Positions 10,463 to 19,707 of a DNA stretch of 64,000 bases are shown piece by piece. The stretch is from an uncultured delta proteobacterium (lineage in GTDB: Bacteria > Desulfobacterota > Desulfobacteria > Desulfobacterales > B30-G6). The notes under the pieces were generated by a model, which saw only the letters and a program-made list of their open reading frames with translations, ran no database searches and was not told where the DNA came from. Location: NCBI GenBank assembly GCA_963823335.1, contig CAWGLD010000007.1:345409-409408 (forward strand). The letters run 5' to 3'. Position 1 is the stretch's first letter; every line of letters starts with the position of its first letter. The position numbers and the translations under genes are program-made.

Positions 10463-11470
10463 TTAAGCTCTATCCAGCAGATCCCTGAATGATGGAAAGT
10501 CACCCTGGGTTTCAGCGGCAAGAATTCCATGGATAATGGCTCTTGACATGCATTGGGCGGCCGCATGCCCCAAATCGTTAATGGCCTGGGCACAATTACC
10601 GGGCAGAATTCCCTGAATTTCCGGAAGCTCCTGCCTGCCCGTAGCCAGGCAAAAGATGGTATCCCCGTCAAACATGGTGTGGGATGGCCTGACGGCCCTT
10701 GCCAAACCGTCGTGAGCCATCTGGGCTATCTTACAGGCCTGGACCTTGGTCATCTTGGCATCGGTTGCGACAATACCGATGGTTGTATTGGCAATCGGCA
10801 AGGACGACGGTTGCTGAGGCAATTGGACCCTTCTTTTCCCCTGGTCACCATACTCATTGTTTATCTCTGTACCCCGCTCCCATATCATTCCCGTGTGAGG
10901 GTTTACCACCGAACCAAAGGAATTGACGGCTGCAACGGCTGCAACGGTAATCCCCGATGCCATCACAAGGCTCGCTGACCCCAATCCGCCCTTAATGGCA
11001 CCAGACACTGCCCCGGTGCCTGCGCCCAGGCAGCCATTCGGCAGGGGTCCAGAGTCGGCGGCCGCACACGCGCTGACACCCCAGTCTGCCTGAATCGGGG
11101 GAATAAAATCAGCGCCCCTCCCCAGATCACACAGGACCGCTGCGGGCACAATGGGTACGACATTGTTTTCACCCATGGGAAAGCCAAGCTGTCTATCCGC
11201 CAGCCAGCGCACAACCCCGTCCGCAGCCGCCAGGCCATAGACAGACCCACCGCAAAGCACCACTGCCTGTACGCTCTCTACCAGGTTGATGGGGTTCAGA
11301 AGATCGGTTTCGCGGGTACCGGGAGCAGACCCCCGAACATCAACCCCGGCAACGGCCCCTTGCTTACACAAAATGACCGTCACACCGCTGGCGGCCGCCT
11401 TGTCTGTGTAATTCCCGGCCCTTATTCCGGCTACGTCCGTAATCGAGTTATGCCTTCCCACTATCGCCAT
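10463..11470 (-). CDS. P1/S58 family (DmpA/NylC-like) Ntn peptidase
   Basis: SITDVAGI, GVDVRGSAPGTRETDLL, autocleavage-type NTTIGIVATDA, AHDGLARAVRPSHTMFDGDTIF. Confidence 0.9.
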   Translation of the reverse strand: MAIVGRHNSITDVAGIRAGNYTDKAAASGVTVILCKQGAVAGVDVRGSAPGTRETDLLNPINLVESVQAVVLCGGSVYGLAAADGVVRWLADRQLGFPMGENNVVPIVPAAVLCDLGRGADFIPPIQADWGVSACAAADSGPLPNGCLGAGTGAVSGAIKGGLGSASLVMASGITVAAVAAVNSFGSVVNPHTGMIWERGTEINNEYGDQGKRRVQLPQQPSSLPIANTTIGIVATDAKMTKVQACKIAQMAHDGLARAVRPSHTMFDGDTIFCLATGRQELPEIQGILPGNCAQAINDLGHAAAQCMSRAIIHGILAAETQGDFPSFRDLLDRA

Positions 11471-11791
11471 CGCAGATTCCTCACACAGCTTTTTTATTGA
11501 CAGCAGCCGGACGATCACCTAATTTTTGGTGTAAACGTCTCTGCCTGCCATTTATTTATACTCGAATCTATCGCCGTCCTACCATTTTCTTCACTCGATG
11601 AAAAGTCCTTTACATTGGGCTCAAGGTTCGAACACCCCGAAGATATTGTCCTGCGTGGCCTCTACAACCATATCAGCTCCCTGCCCTTCACGGACATGGA
11701 ATTTTTGTTAATACCTTAACTACTTGTAACATTTAAACATCTCACTCGACACCTTGGGTCCTTGACCCCTCGAACCCTAAATTTCTTAAAA

Positions 11792-11838
11792 ACACCACAT
11801 ATAGTACTACGTTGTTCTTGACACACTATATATATAGC
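11792..11838 (+). promoter_or_regulatory. Tandem NrdR-box-like operators
   Basis: ACACCACATATAGTAC (11792) and ACACTATATATATAGC (11823) start 31 bp apart, resemble acaCwAtATaTwGtgt, overlap a TTGACA (11818) and lie upstream of an NrdD-like gene. Confidence 0.7.
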
Positions 11839-11997
11839 GCTATACATTTTTATCGCTTGTAAAGAGGTTTGTCTCCCTGTTCTTTCTCAATCTAAATCCC
11901 ACACACTCCCCTGGCAAATATACCCCTGGTTCCAACCTGGGTTTTATTTATAAACAACTATTGACCTTATAAACAGAATGCAGAAAAAAGACGGAGG

Positions 11998-12354
11998 ATG
12001 TTTATGGCTACTATGACGATCAAAAGACTTCACGAACTATTGGATAACAATGCCGACAAAGATGTGCTGGCATGGGCAGGGGCCTGCCACGATTGCAGGA
12101 CCGAGGCCCAGGTTACGGCGATACCAAAAGAAGACGGCATCCATATCAATGGGGGAAGCGTGTACGAACCCGCCGCCAACAAGTTCATGATCAAGTGTGA
12201 TGCCTGTTTTGAAAAAGATCCTGTTCTGAGGGATTATCAGGATTGTGAGGTCTACAGCAGGGTGGTAGGATACCTGCGGCCCGTTGCCCAGTGGAATGAT
12301 GCCAAGCAGGCGGAGTTCAAGGACAGGAAACTGTATGATCCAAGTATCTGCTAA
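11998..12354 (+). CDS. Small protein with Zn-ribbon-like CxxC pairs and NrdD C-terminal glycyl-radical-type motif
   Basis: CHDC...CDAC followed by CEVYSRVVGYLRPVAQWNDAKQAEFKDRK, resembling the class III RNR C-terminus. Confidence 0.8.
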   Translation: MFMATMTIKRLHELLDNNADKDVLAWAGACHDCRTEAQVTAIPKEDGIHINGGSVYEPAANKFMIKCDACFEKDPVLRDYQDCEVYSRVVGYLRPVAQWNDAKQAEFKDRKLYDPSIC

Positions 12355-12429
12355 CCATTAAAATCACAGATCGATTCTAATGGATGTCTTGAAAAAGCAT
12401 GATCCGCCAGAGGTGATATCACTGGCGGA

Positions 12430-12588
12430 TCAGTTGTTTTCGGCATCCTGTGGTTTAGCTTCCGGTGGTTTGCTTGCCACCTGGCAAGCATTGCGAGCTC
12501 AGGTGGATATACCGAGTTTTGGGAGGATATATACCTGAAGTAATATCCAGACACCTACAACGATGAACAATATAATGGCTTCTTTCAT
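12430..12588 (-). CDS. Probable small membrane selenoprotein, 52 aa (UGA = Sec at codon 30)
   Basis: GGAAAGGA RBS; MKEAIILFIVVGVWILLQVYILPKLGIST-UGA-ARNACQVASKPPEAKPQDAENN*; one TM helix; UxxxxC motif; perfect hairpin starting 9 nt after the UGA. Absent from the ORF track. Confidence 0.7.
12471..12490 (-). promoter_or_regulatory. Bacterial SECIS-like hairpin
   Basis: TGCTTGCC-AGGT-GGCAAGCA with the loop 16 nt after the UGA at 12501-12499 and G in the second loop position. Confidence 0.7.
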
Positions 12589-12682
12589 GGGGTTCCTTTC
12601 CTGGCGCCGTTCAGCACAGGATCGTTATTAATTTATAAACATCAATATGGGATCAAATTAAGCCCCGAGACAACAATTGTCA

Positions 12683-14164
12683 ATGAAATACAAAAGAAAA
12701 CAATTCCCGATACTTTTTAGCGCTCTTTTCGGTACGATTTTTCTGTCTCTTCTCTTCACCCGCATGGGAGTATTTGACAGTCAGCCGGGACGGACGGAAA
12801 TCGCCGACATATCGTCATCGGAAATCATTGCAGATCGGGATACCTGGATGAATATCTTCCAGGACAAGAAAAAGATCGGCTTTTCCCATTCACACTATGC
12901 GCGACTGGACCAGGGATATCGTTTCAACGAAACCCTGTTTATGAGAATCAACACCATGGGGATGGTTCAGGACATCGGTCTCAACACCAGCGGTCTCCTC
13001 AACACGGATTTTTCGCTCAAGTCCTTTGATTTTGAAATTGCCTCCGGGCGTTTCAATTTCTCTGCGGCCGGCAGCATAACCAACAAAACCCTTGCTTTGA
13101 ACACCCAAAGCGCCGGTGCAGAACAGACCTACAAGTTGAGCCTGACCGATGATATCTACTTCACTTCCGGTATTGTTCAGGCAGCCAGCGCCGGCAAGTT
13201 GAAACCGGGAGACCAGCTTGCTTTGAAGGTCTTCGACCCCATTGCCATGGGCCAGGAATCGATTCTGCTGCATGTCCTGGAAGAAGAAGCGATCACCATC
13301 ATGGGACAGGTGAAAAAAGCGACCAAGATTTCACTGAAATTCAAAGGTGCCACCCAATTGGCGTGGATGGATGAAAAAGGAGATCTTTTAAGGGAAAAGG
13401 GCATGCTGGGGATTATTCTCGAGAAAACATCCCGTGAAGACGCCATGCACGGCCTCCCCATCCAGTCAAGTCAGGATCTCACAGAAGCCGCATCAATTCC
13501 ATCCAACATCGATATCCACAATCCAGGTGAACTGATGCAAATGCGATTCGAGATAACCGGTTCAGGTGATTTCGCAGAACAGCTTCAGGGTGGCAGACAG
13601 ACCTATGATTCCCCGGTTCTCTCGATCCAAAAGGAGTCCCTCGACGACCTTGGGCAACAAGATCCTCCTCTGGTTCCCACGGAAAATATCACGGCCTTTC
13701 TGGCACCCAGCCCCTTTATTCAGTCAGATCATCCTGCCATACACAGACTGGTATCCGATCTGCTTACCGACAAGACTCCCCCGCTTGAAAAAGCGCGTAA
13801 ACTGGTTGACTGGATGCAGGCACATATTCAAAAACGCCCGGTCATTTCTCTCCCCGATGCCCTGTCCACCCTTGAAAACCGCGTGGGGGACTGCAATGAA
13901 CATGCGGTGCTCTTTGCAGCCCTGGCAAGAGCTGCCGGAATCCCCACCAGGCTCGAAGCCGGTGTGGTCTTTCTACGAAAACGTTTCTTTTATCATGCAT
14001 GGAACAGTATTTATGTCGGCAGATGGATCACTGTCGATGCGCTGTTTGACCAGATACCGGCCGATGTCACCCACATTCGTCTTGCCAGCGGTATGCAGAA
14101 AGACCAGCTCGACATATTAGGACTCATCGGAAATTTGAAAATCCAGATCCTGAACGGAATATGA
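12683..14164 (+). CDS. Transglutaminase-like domain protein with N-terminal TM anchor
   Basis: Catalytic-triad motifs GDCNEHA, YHAW and WITVD. Confidence 0.85.
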   Translation: MKYKRKQFPILFSALFGTIFLSLLFTRMGVFDSQPGRTEIADISSSEIIADRDTWMNIFQDKKKIGFSHSHYARLDQGYRFNETLFMRINTMGMVQDIGLNTSGLLNTDFSLKSFDFEIASGRFNFSAAGSITNKTLALNTQSAGAEQTYKLSLTDDIYFTSGIVQAASAGKLKPGDQLALKVFDPIAMGQESILLHVLEEEAITIMGQVKKATKISLKFKGATQLAWMDEKGDLLREKGMLGIILEKTSREDAMHGLPIQSSQDLTEAASIPSNIDIHNPGELMQMRFEITGSGDFAEQLQGGRQTYDSPVLSIQKESLDDLGQQDPPLVPTENITAFLAPSPFIQSDHPAIHRLVSDLLTDKTPPLEKARKLVDWMQAHIQKRPVISLPDALSTLENRVGDCNEHAVLFAALARAAGIPTRLEAGVVFLRKRFFYHAWNSIYVGRWITVDALFDQIPADVTHIRLASGMQKDQLDILGLIGNLKIQILNGI

Positions 14165-14168
14165 TCAA

Positions 14169-14897
14169 ATGATAGAACTTAAACATCTCACCAAACGCTA
14201 CGGCGATGTCGTTGCGGTGAACGAGCTGAACATCCATATCCCCCAAGGTGAAATTTTCGGGTTCATCGGTCCAAACGGCGCTGGAAAAACAACCACCATC
14301 AAAATGATCGGGGGCATACTGGTGCCGACCTTCGGAGACATCCGGATCTGCGATATCGCCATGGCCGAAAATCCGGAAGCGGCAAAACTCAAGATCGGAT
14401 TCATTCCCGACCGCCCATACCTTTATGAGAAACTCACCGGTATGGAATTCTTGAAATTCATCGCCGATCTGTATCGGATGGACTCCCGTGATTTCCTGAA
14501 AAAAGCCCATGAAAAACTGGAACTGTTTACTCTCTCGGACTGGTCGGAAGAGCTCATCGAGTCTTACTCCCACGGTATGAAGCAGCGTTTGATCATGGCC
14601 TCGGCCCTCCTGCACGAACCAGAGGTCATCATTGTCGATGAGCCCATGGTCGGGCTCGATCCTCTGGGTATCAAACTGGTCAAGGATCTTTTCAAACATC
14701 TGTCCGAAAACGGCACCACTGTTTTTATCTCCACGCACACCCTCCAGGTAGCGGAGGATCTGTGCCATCGTGTTGGCATTATCAATAAAGGCGCCTTGAT
14801 CGCAATCGATTCCCCTGAAAAACTGAAACAGGACATGCAAGACGCCGATGCCGACCTGGAGGATGTGTTTTTAAGATTGACCAACCCGGGCATGTAA
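14169..14897 (+). CDS. ABC-2 type transporter ATP-binding protein
   Basis: GPNGAGKT, YSHGMKQR, IIVDEP. Confidence 0.95.
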   Translation: MIELKHLTKRYGDVVAVNELNIHIPQGEIFGFIGPNGAGKTTTIKMIGGILVPTFGDIRICDIAMAENPEAAKLKIGFIPDRPYLYEKLTGMEFLKFIADLYRMDSRDFLKKAHEKLELFTLSDWSEELIESYSHGMKQRLIMASALLHEPEVIIVDEPMVGLDPLGIKLVKDLFKHLSENGTTVFISTHTLQVAEDLCHRVGIINKGALIAIDSPEKLKQDMQDADADLEDVFLRLTNPGM

Positions 14898-15050
14898 AGA
14901 CGCTTCGCTGTCATTTGCTTCGCGTCATTAATAGTCATTTACTTCGTGTCATTTATTGTCGTTATCAGCTATAAGCTACAATTAATAACGCCCGCAGGGC
15001 AAATGTCGTCCGAAGGACAAATGACGCACGCAGTGCTAATGACCCCTGAA
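14898..15050. repeat. Short-hairpin repeat cluster, family D (AATGACGC..., AATGTCGTCCGAAGGACAAATGAC)
   Basis: Related cluster at 48345-48430. Confidence 0.6.
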
Positions 15051-15115
15051 GAACAGCTATTTATTTCTTGGTCCCTATTGTCTTCTACGAATTGTCAAAA
15101 AATGACGAGTTAATT

Positions 15116-16807
15116 ATGAATGACATCCTCACCCTTGTCAGACCCAGGCTCTTGAGTTTCAAGAACGCCTCATTTTTCCGGGGTAAAAAACAGGGCAGCC
15201 TCATGAAACTGCTGCTGTTTGGTGGTATCGGATTCGCTTTCTGGGGGACTATTTTTGGGGTATCGTTCCGAGTTCTACGTTATTTTAAAGGGGTTGAAGA
15301 ACTGGGCCACCTCCTCGCATTCAAACTTTTGTCCATGATACTGATCACGCTCCTGTCTCTGCTCATTTTCAGCAGTATTCTCACATCCCTGTCAAAACTT
15401 TTCTTGAGCAAAGATCTGAATCTGGTACACGCCATGCCGGTTTCCACTTACCGGATCTTTCTGGCCAGATGGATCGAAAGTACGCTGGACAGCTCCTGGA
15501 TGGTCGTCGTCTACCTGCTGCCGGTTTTTCTGGCCTATGGAATCGTGTTTAATGCGGGTCTGTTTTATTACCTCACCGTTGGATCGGCGATTCTCTCCCT
15601 GGCTGTCATCGCTTCCTGCTTGAGTGCCATGATCGTAGTGTCCGCCGTCGTCTTAATACCGGCCAATCGAATTCGAAATCTCTTCGTCTTTCTGGGTCTG
15701 TTGCTTTTTGTTATCCTTTTTATTGCTTTCCGGCTCCTGAAACCCGAAAGGCTGGTCAATCCGGAAGTCTTTTCAACGGCGCTGATGTACCTTTCGGCGC
15801 TTAGGACACCGAATCTGCCCTACCTTCCCAGTACCTGGGCCTTTGATGGTATCCAAGCCGCAATCAATGGATCCATTTCTGAAACCCTCTTTCATATGGG
15901 TCTTTCTTGGTCATGCGCCGGCATGATGGTATTCCTGATGATCCTCATGGCCGACCGGCTCTATCTGACAGGCGTGTCCAAAGCCCAGACGTCACCGGCC
16001 AGGCTTTTGAAGCATAAACTTTCGGGCGACAAAATCCTCCGCTTTCTGCCGGCGCCTCTGAAAGCGTTTGTGGTAAAGGAGATAAAATCGTTTTTTCGAG
16101 ATCAGACCCAATGGTCCCAGATATTCCTCATTGGTGGCCTGGTGCTGATTTATATCTTCAATTTCAAGGCACTTCCCCTTGATAAAGCCCCCATCAAAAC
16201 CGTATATCTGCAGAATCTCCTGTCTTTTCTAAATGTAGGCCTGGCATCATTTGTCCTGATCGCCATTGCCGGGCGTTTTGCCTACCCGGCCATCAGTAAC
16301 GAGAACGAAGCTTTCTGGATTGTCAAATCGTCACCCATCTCCCTGGGGCAGTTTTTATGGGTGAAATTCTTCATCTACCTGCTGCCGCTCCTCATCCTAA
16401 CCGAAATTCTCATCGTGGTCACGAATATCTTTTTGAATGTCACGCCTTTTATGATGTGTCTATCCACCATAACGATCTTTTTCATGGTGCCCGGTGTGGT
16501 AGGCATCGGCATCGGGTTCGGGGCGGCTTATCCGAATTTCAAATCGGAAAACCCGGCTCAGTCGGTCACAAGTTTTGGCGGACTGCTTTTTATGATTTTT
16601 TGCGCCGCGTTTGTCGGCGGGATCGTCATGCTGGAAGCCGGGCCTGTCTATAATCTGTTCATGGCCGGCTTTCATCAAAGAACACTGTCCATTCTGGAAT
16701 GGGTGTGGATCATTGGATCCTTTTTGCTGTCTTTGGTAATTTGCATACTGGCGCTGATCCTGCCCATGCGTTTCGGTGAGAAACGCCTGACAGAGCGCGT
16801 CATCTAA
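15116..16807 (+). CDS. Putative ABC transporter permease (~12 TM)
   Basis: Highly hydrophobic, follows the ABC ATPase, two permease halves (SKDLNLVHAMPV, KEIKSFFRD). Confidence 0.85.
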   Translation: MNDILTLVRPRLLSFKNASFFRGKKQGSLMKLLLFGGIGFAFWGTIFGVSFRVLRYFKGVEELGHLLAFKLLSMILITLLSLLIFSSILTSLSKLFLSKDLNLVHAMPVSTYRIFLARWIESTLDSSWMVVVYLLPVFLAYGIVFNAGLFYYLTVGSAILSLAVIASCLSAMIVVSAVVLIPANRIRNLFVFLGLLLFVILFIAFRLLKPERLVNPEVFSTALMYLSALRTPNLPYLPSTWAFDGIQAAINGSISETLFHMGLSWSCAGMMVFLMILMADRLYLTGVSKAQTSPARLLKHKLSGDKILRFLPAPLKAFVVKEIKSFFRDQTQWSQIFLIGGLVLIYIFNFKALPLDKAPIKTVYLQNLLSFLNVGLASFVLIAIAGRFAYPAISNENEAFWIVKSSPISLGQFLWVKFFIYLLPLLILTEILIVVTNIFLNVTPFMMCLSTITIFFMVPGVVGIGIGFGAAYPNFKSENPAQSVTSFGGLLFMIFCAAFVGGIVMLEAGPVYNLFMAGFHQRTLSILEWVWIIGSFLLSLVICILALILPMRFGEKRLTERVI

Positions 16808-16833
16808 CCCGGGCAGCTCAAAGCATAACGAAG

Positions 16834-16912
16834 AACCGAAATAGCGAGCGCACTCTCCGTGGGTTCTGCCGTACGGCAGAACATTCCTCGCAGTTTGCTG
16901 TGAGGTTCTTCA
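16834..16912. repeat. Family E copy with inserted perfect 20-bp palindrome
   Basis: Inverted family E element containing GTTCTGCCGTACGGCAGAAC at 16863-16882, between convergent genes. Confidence 0.65.
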
Positions 16913-16930
16913 ATTCTTTCTATAAATGCG

Positions 16931-17401
16931 CTACTTGATAATGAAAATCGAAACATTCCTGGCTGCGTTAAGAACCTTTTGCGATGTGCTCCCGAAAAAG
17001 AAATCCTTTATTCCGGAATTCCCCCCCCTGCCGATAACCACTACATCATAGCCGTCTTCAGCCTCGTGAATGATATCCCTGGCAACCCCATCTTTCAGGT
17101 TTTCGTGTTTGATGCTGATGTTTTTTTCCTCGAAACCTTTGTTCATGAGCGTCTCTTTGGCCTGCTGTATGGCGGTCTCCACAAGCTCCTTATTTTTGTC
17201 TGCCATGCTGCAAAAAGCACTCTGCTGGGATTTAAAATAGGGTATCAGGGCAGGACTGTTCATTTTACACAGGGCTTCTGTATCCATGGCTACGCTGAAC
17301 AGAGTGATGTGCGAGTCCCTGGTAAATGTTTCTGCTACTGCGTTCACTGCCCTTTGTGCATTTTCCGAGTCGTCAAGTGCGATCAAGATCTTTTTGCTCA
17401 T
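16931..17401 (-). CDS. Universal stress protein (UspA family)
   Basis: KKILIALDDSENA, YDVVVIGRGG...FFGSTSQKVL. Confidence 0.9.
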   Translation of the reverse strand: MSKKILIALDDSENAQRAVNAVAETFTRDSHITLFSVAMDTEALCKMNSPALIPYFKSQQSAFCSMADKNKELVETAIQQAKETLMNKGFEEKNISIKHENLKDGVARDIIHEAEDGYDVVVIGRGGNSGIKDFFFGSTSQKVLNAARNVSIFIIK

Positions 17402-17555
17402 GGGGTGTCTCCTTTCGATTCCAGGTTAAAACAAATATAAACGTATTACTTTACTGAAAAATGCCTCATGCATCAACTCTGTTTTTCAAACTGTTTGACA
17501 TGCATAACATCTTAATGATTTTATTAGAAGTCATCTCAAAAAAGGAGTCGATATT

Positions 17556-17996
17556 ATGCTGTCCGGTAAGTATCCCCAGCAACCTGTCATTGCGGTCGGT
17601 GCTGTCGTGGTGCGTCAAAACCGCATATTACTGATTCGTCGGGGTAAGGAACCGGCCATGGGGGAATGGGCCATACCCGGAGGGCGGGTTGAATTAGGGG
17701 AAACCATGCATGAAGCAGCGGCAAGGGAAGTTATGGAAGAAACCTGTGTTTCCATCCGTCCAGGGGAATTGGTATATTTCTTTGAAACGATTCTGCCCGA
17801 CCCGGACGGCAGAATTCAGTTTCACTACGCCATCTTCGATTTCATGGCCGAATACCTGGCAGGTGAACCCAATCCCCGGGACGATGCCATGGATGCCAGG
17901 TGGGTATCGGCCGAAGACGCCGACACCTACAACCTGAACACCAGAACCCGGGAGCTTCTGAACCGTATCGAATTTATCGACAGAACTGGTTTATAG
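17556..17996 (+). CDS. NUDIX hydrolase
   Basis: Nudix box GGRVELGETMHEAAAREVMEET. Confidence 0.95.
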   Translation: MLSGKYPQQPVIAVGAVVVRQNRILLIRRGKEPAMGEWAIPGGRVELGETMHEAAAREVMEETCVSIRPGELVYFFETILPDPDGRIQFHYAIFDFMAEYLAGEPNPRDDAMDARWVSAEDADTYNLNTRTRELLNRIEFIDRTGL

Positions 17997-18091
17997 ATAT
18001 ACGTGCCTATAACCACTGCAAAAGTAAGGCCCTAGGGCCGATGGGTGATCCTTGAGCGACCGTGAAACGAGTCTGCCCGTTATCTTTTCCC

Positions 18092-18703
18092 TTACGATGT
18101 CAGCTTGGATGCAATGCTGGCCACATGCCGTCCCTGAAATCGGGCTGCTTCCAGTTCGTTAGCGCTCGGCATTCTCTCACCGGACCCACCGGCAATCGTG
18201 GAAGCACCATAGGGAGATCCACCTGTTATCTCGTCGATTCTCATCTGACCCTGAAAGGTATATGGCAGCCCCACAACCACCATACCATGATGCAGTAGCG
18301 TTACATGAAAGGTCAGGGCAGTCGATTCCTGCCCCCCATGCTGGGTAGCGGTACTTGTAAACACACTGCCGGCCTTGCCCACCAGCGTCCCCTCGGCCCA
18401 CAATTGCCCGGTGGCATCCAGGAACTGACGCATCTGGCCACACATATTGCCAAAGCGGGTCGGTGTACCAAAAATTACGGCATCCGCCGATGCCAGGTCT
18501 TCCACCGTGGCCACCGGCACATCCGCCTGTGCTTTTTGGGCATCCAGGGCACCCATTTTTTCAAGAACCGCTTCCGGGAGTGTTTCCGGTACGCGCCGCA
18601 GAACAGCTTCTGAATGCGGCACCGAATCAACACCGGCTGCCACCGCCTCTGCCATTTGGCGAACATGTCCATAGGTCGAATAATATAAAACGAGTACTTT
18701 CAT
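18092..18703 (-). CDS. wrbA: NAD(P)H:quinone oxidoreductase WrbA
   Basis: [35 protein letters not shown]. Confidence 0.95.
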   Translation of the reverse strand: MKVLVLYYSTYGHVRQMAEAVAAGVDSVPHSEAVLRRVPETLPEAVLEKMGALDAQKAQADVPVATVEDLASADAVIFGTPTRFGNMCGQMRQFLDATGQLWAEGTLVGKAGSVFTSTATQHGGQESTALTFHVTLLHHGMVVVGLPYTFQGQMRIDEITGGSPYGASTIAGGSGERMPSANELEAARFQGRHVASIASKLTS

Positions 18704-18887
18704 GTCGTTGTCCTCCTTTTTGGGTCATATTTACAATGCAATTTCAGGATTTGTCACACCCATTGCATTTTTTTTATTGCATGTTTTTTGTTTCTGGTTA
18801 TCATGGAGTATGGTTCGTTCATATACAATTCGGACCTGTCATTACGGGTCCGATCGAAACAGGTGACTTGGCAAGGGAGATTAGGTC

Positions 18888-19118
18888 ATGAAAGAACTCA
18901 TCAGTAAAATTGCGCAGGCGCTAGTTGACAAACCCGAAGTTGTGTCGGTTGATGAAGTACATGGCGAGCATACAACGGTTCTTAAACTGACTGTGGACAA
19001 ATCAGACCTGGGAAAAATCATTGGTAAAAAGGGCAACACCGCCCGGGCCATCCGGACACTTTTGAGCGCCGCTTCCGGAAAAGTGCAACGACGGCATTTC
19101 CTTGAAATAGTTGAGTAA
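18888..19118 (+). CDS. khpA: KH-domain RNA-binding protein (KhpA/YlqC family)
   Basis: 76 aa; ALVDKPE, DLGKIIGKKGNTARAIRTLL. Confidence 0.85.
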   Translation: MKELISKIAQALVDKPEVVSVDEVHGEHTTVLKLTVDKSDLGKIIGKKGNTARAIRTLLSAASGKVQRRHFLEIVE

Positions 19119-19261
19119 AAAAATAATTACCCGATTATATTGAGCCTTTTAACGCCTTGCTCAGGGCTGGGATATGCAGCCACTGCTGCAGTGGGCCACT
19201 CTTCTGAGCATAAATCGTTTGCTAATCATAATCTCACCTCCCTTCTTTCTGTTCGTCCATC

Positions 19262-19528
19262 TCAAATGAATTTTGCGCCAAAAACACCCTCTTCAGACCA
19301 CATAACGTTGGCATCCCGGGTGTTTTCCTGGTCATCACATGATATGGCGAGACGGATTCTCATTCCCTTTTCCACGCAACCAGGGGTCTCCGCATGTATA
19401 CTGGCACCATAGTTGCTCATATTTTCAATGGCGCCGTTGTAGGTTCTCTCACCCACAATAAACGTCACATCCCTCTTACAGACAGCTCTATCAGCAAATC
19501 TTTTGTCGTTCATATTGTCACCCCTCAT
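19262..19528 (-). CDS. PilZ-domain protein
   Basis: KRFADR and NMSNYGA fit the c-di-GMP-binding motifs RxxxR and (D/N)xSxxG. Confidence 0.8.
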   Translation of the reverse strand: MRGDNMNDKRFADRAVCKRDVTFIVGERTYNGAIENMSNYGASIHAETPGCVEKGMRIRLAISCDDQENTRDANVMWSEEGVFGAKFI

Positions 19529-19707
19529 TATTTTTCACTGCCCTGCCATGGGGGCACCTGTATATGTTATTTTACCTGGTATATACTACATCGTGGTATA
19601 GATTTGTCAAGATCAATTGAAAATCAAATTTGCAGATTTGTGGGTTTGAAACAAGAGCCCAACACAGGATTTTGAGCAAAAGACATTTTTGGGATGGGTT
19701 TTAACGA

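Noticed and set aside
11591-11671. Tiny minus-strand ORF MVVEATQDNIFGVFEP-TGA-AQCKGLFIE with a UxxC-like motif and AGGGAG RBS
   Set aside because: Only 26 codons, weak downstream hairpin, no recognisable fold, and it lies in repeat-relic DNA. Likely chance.
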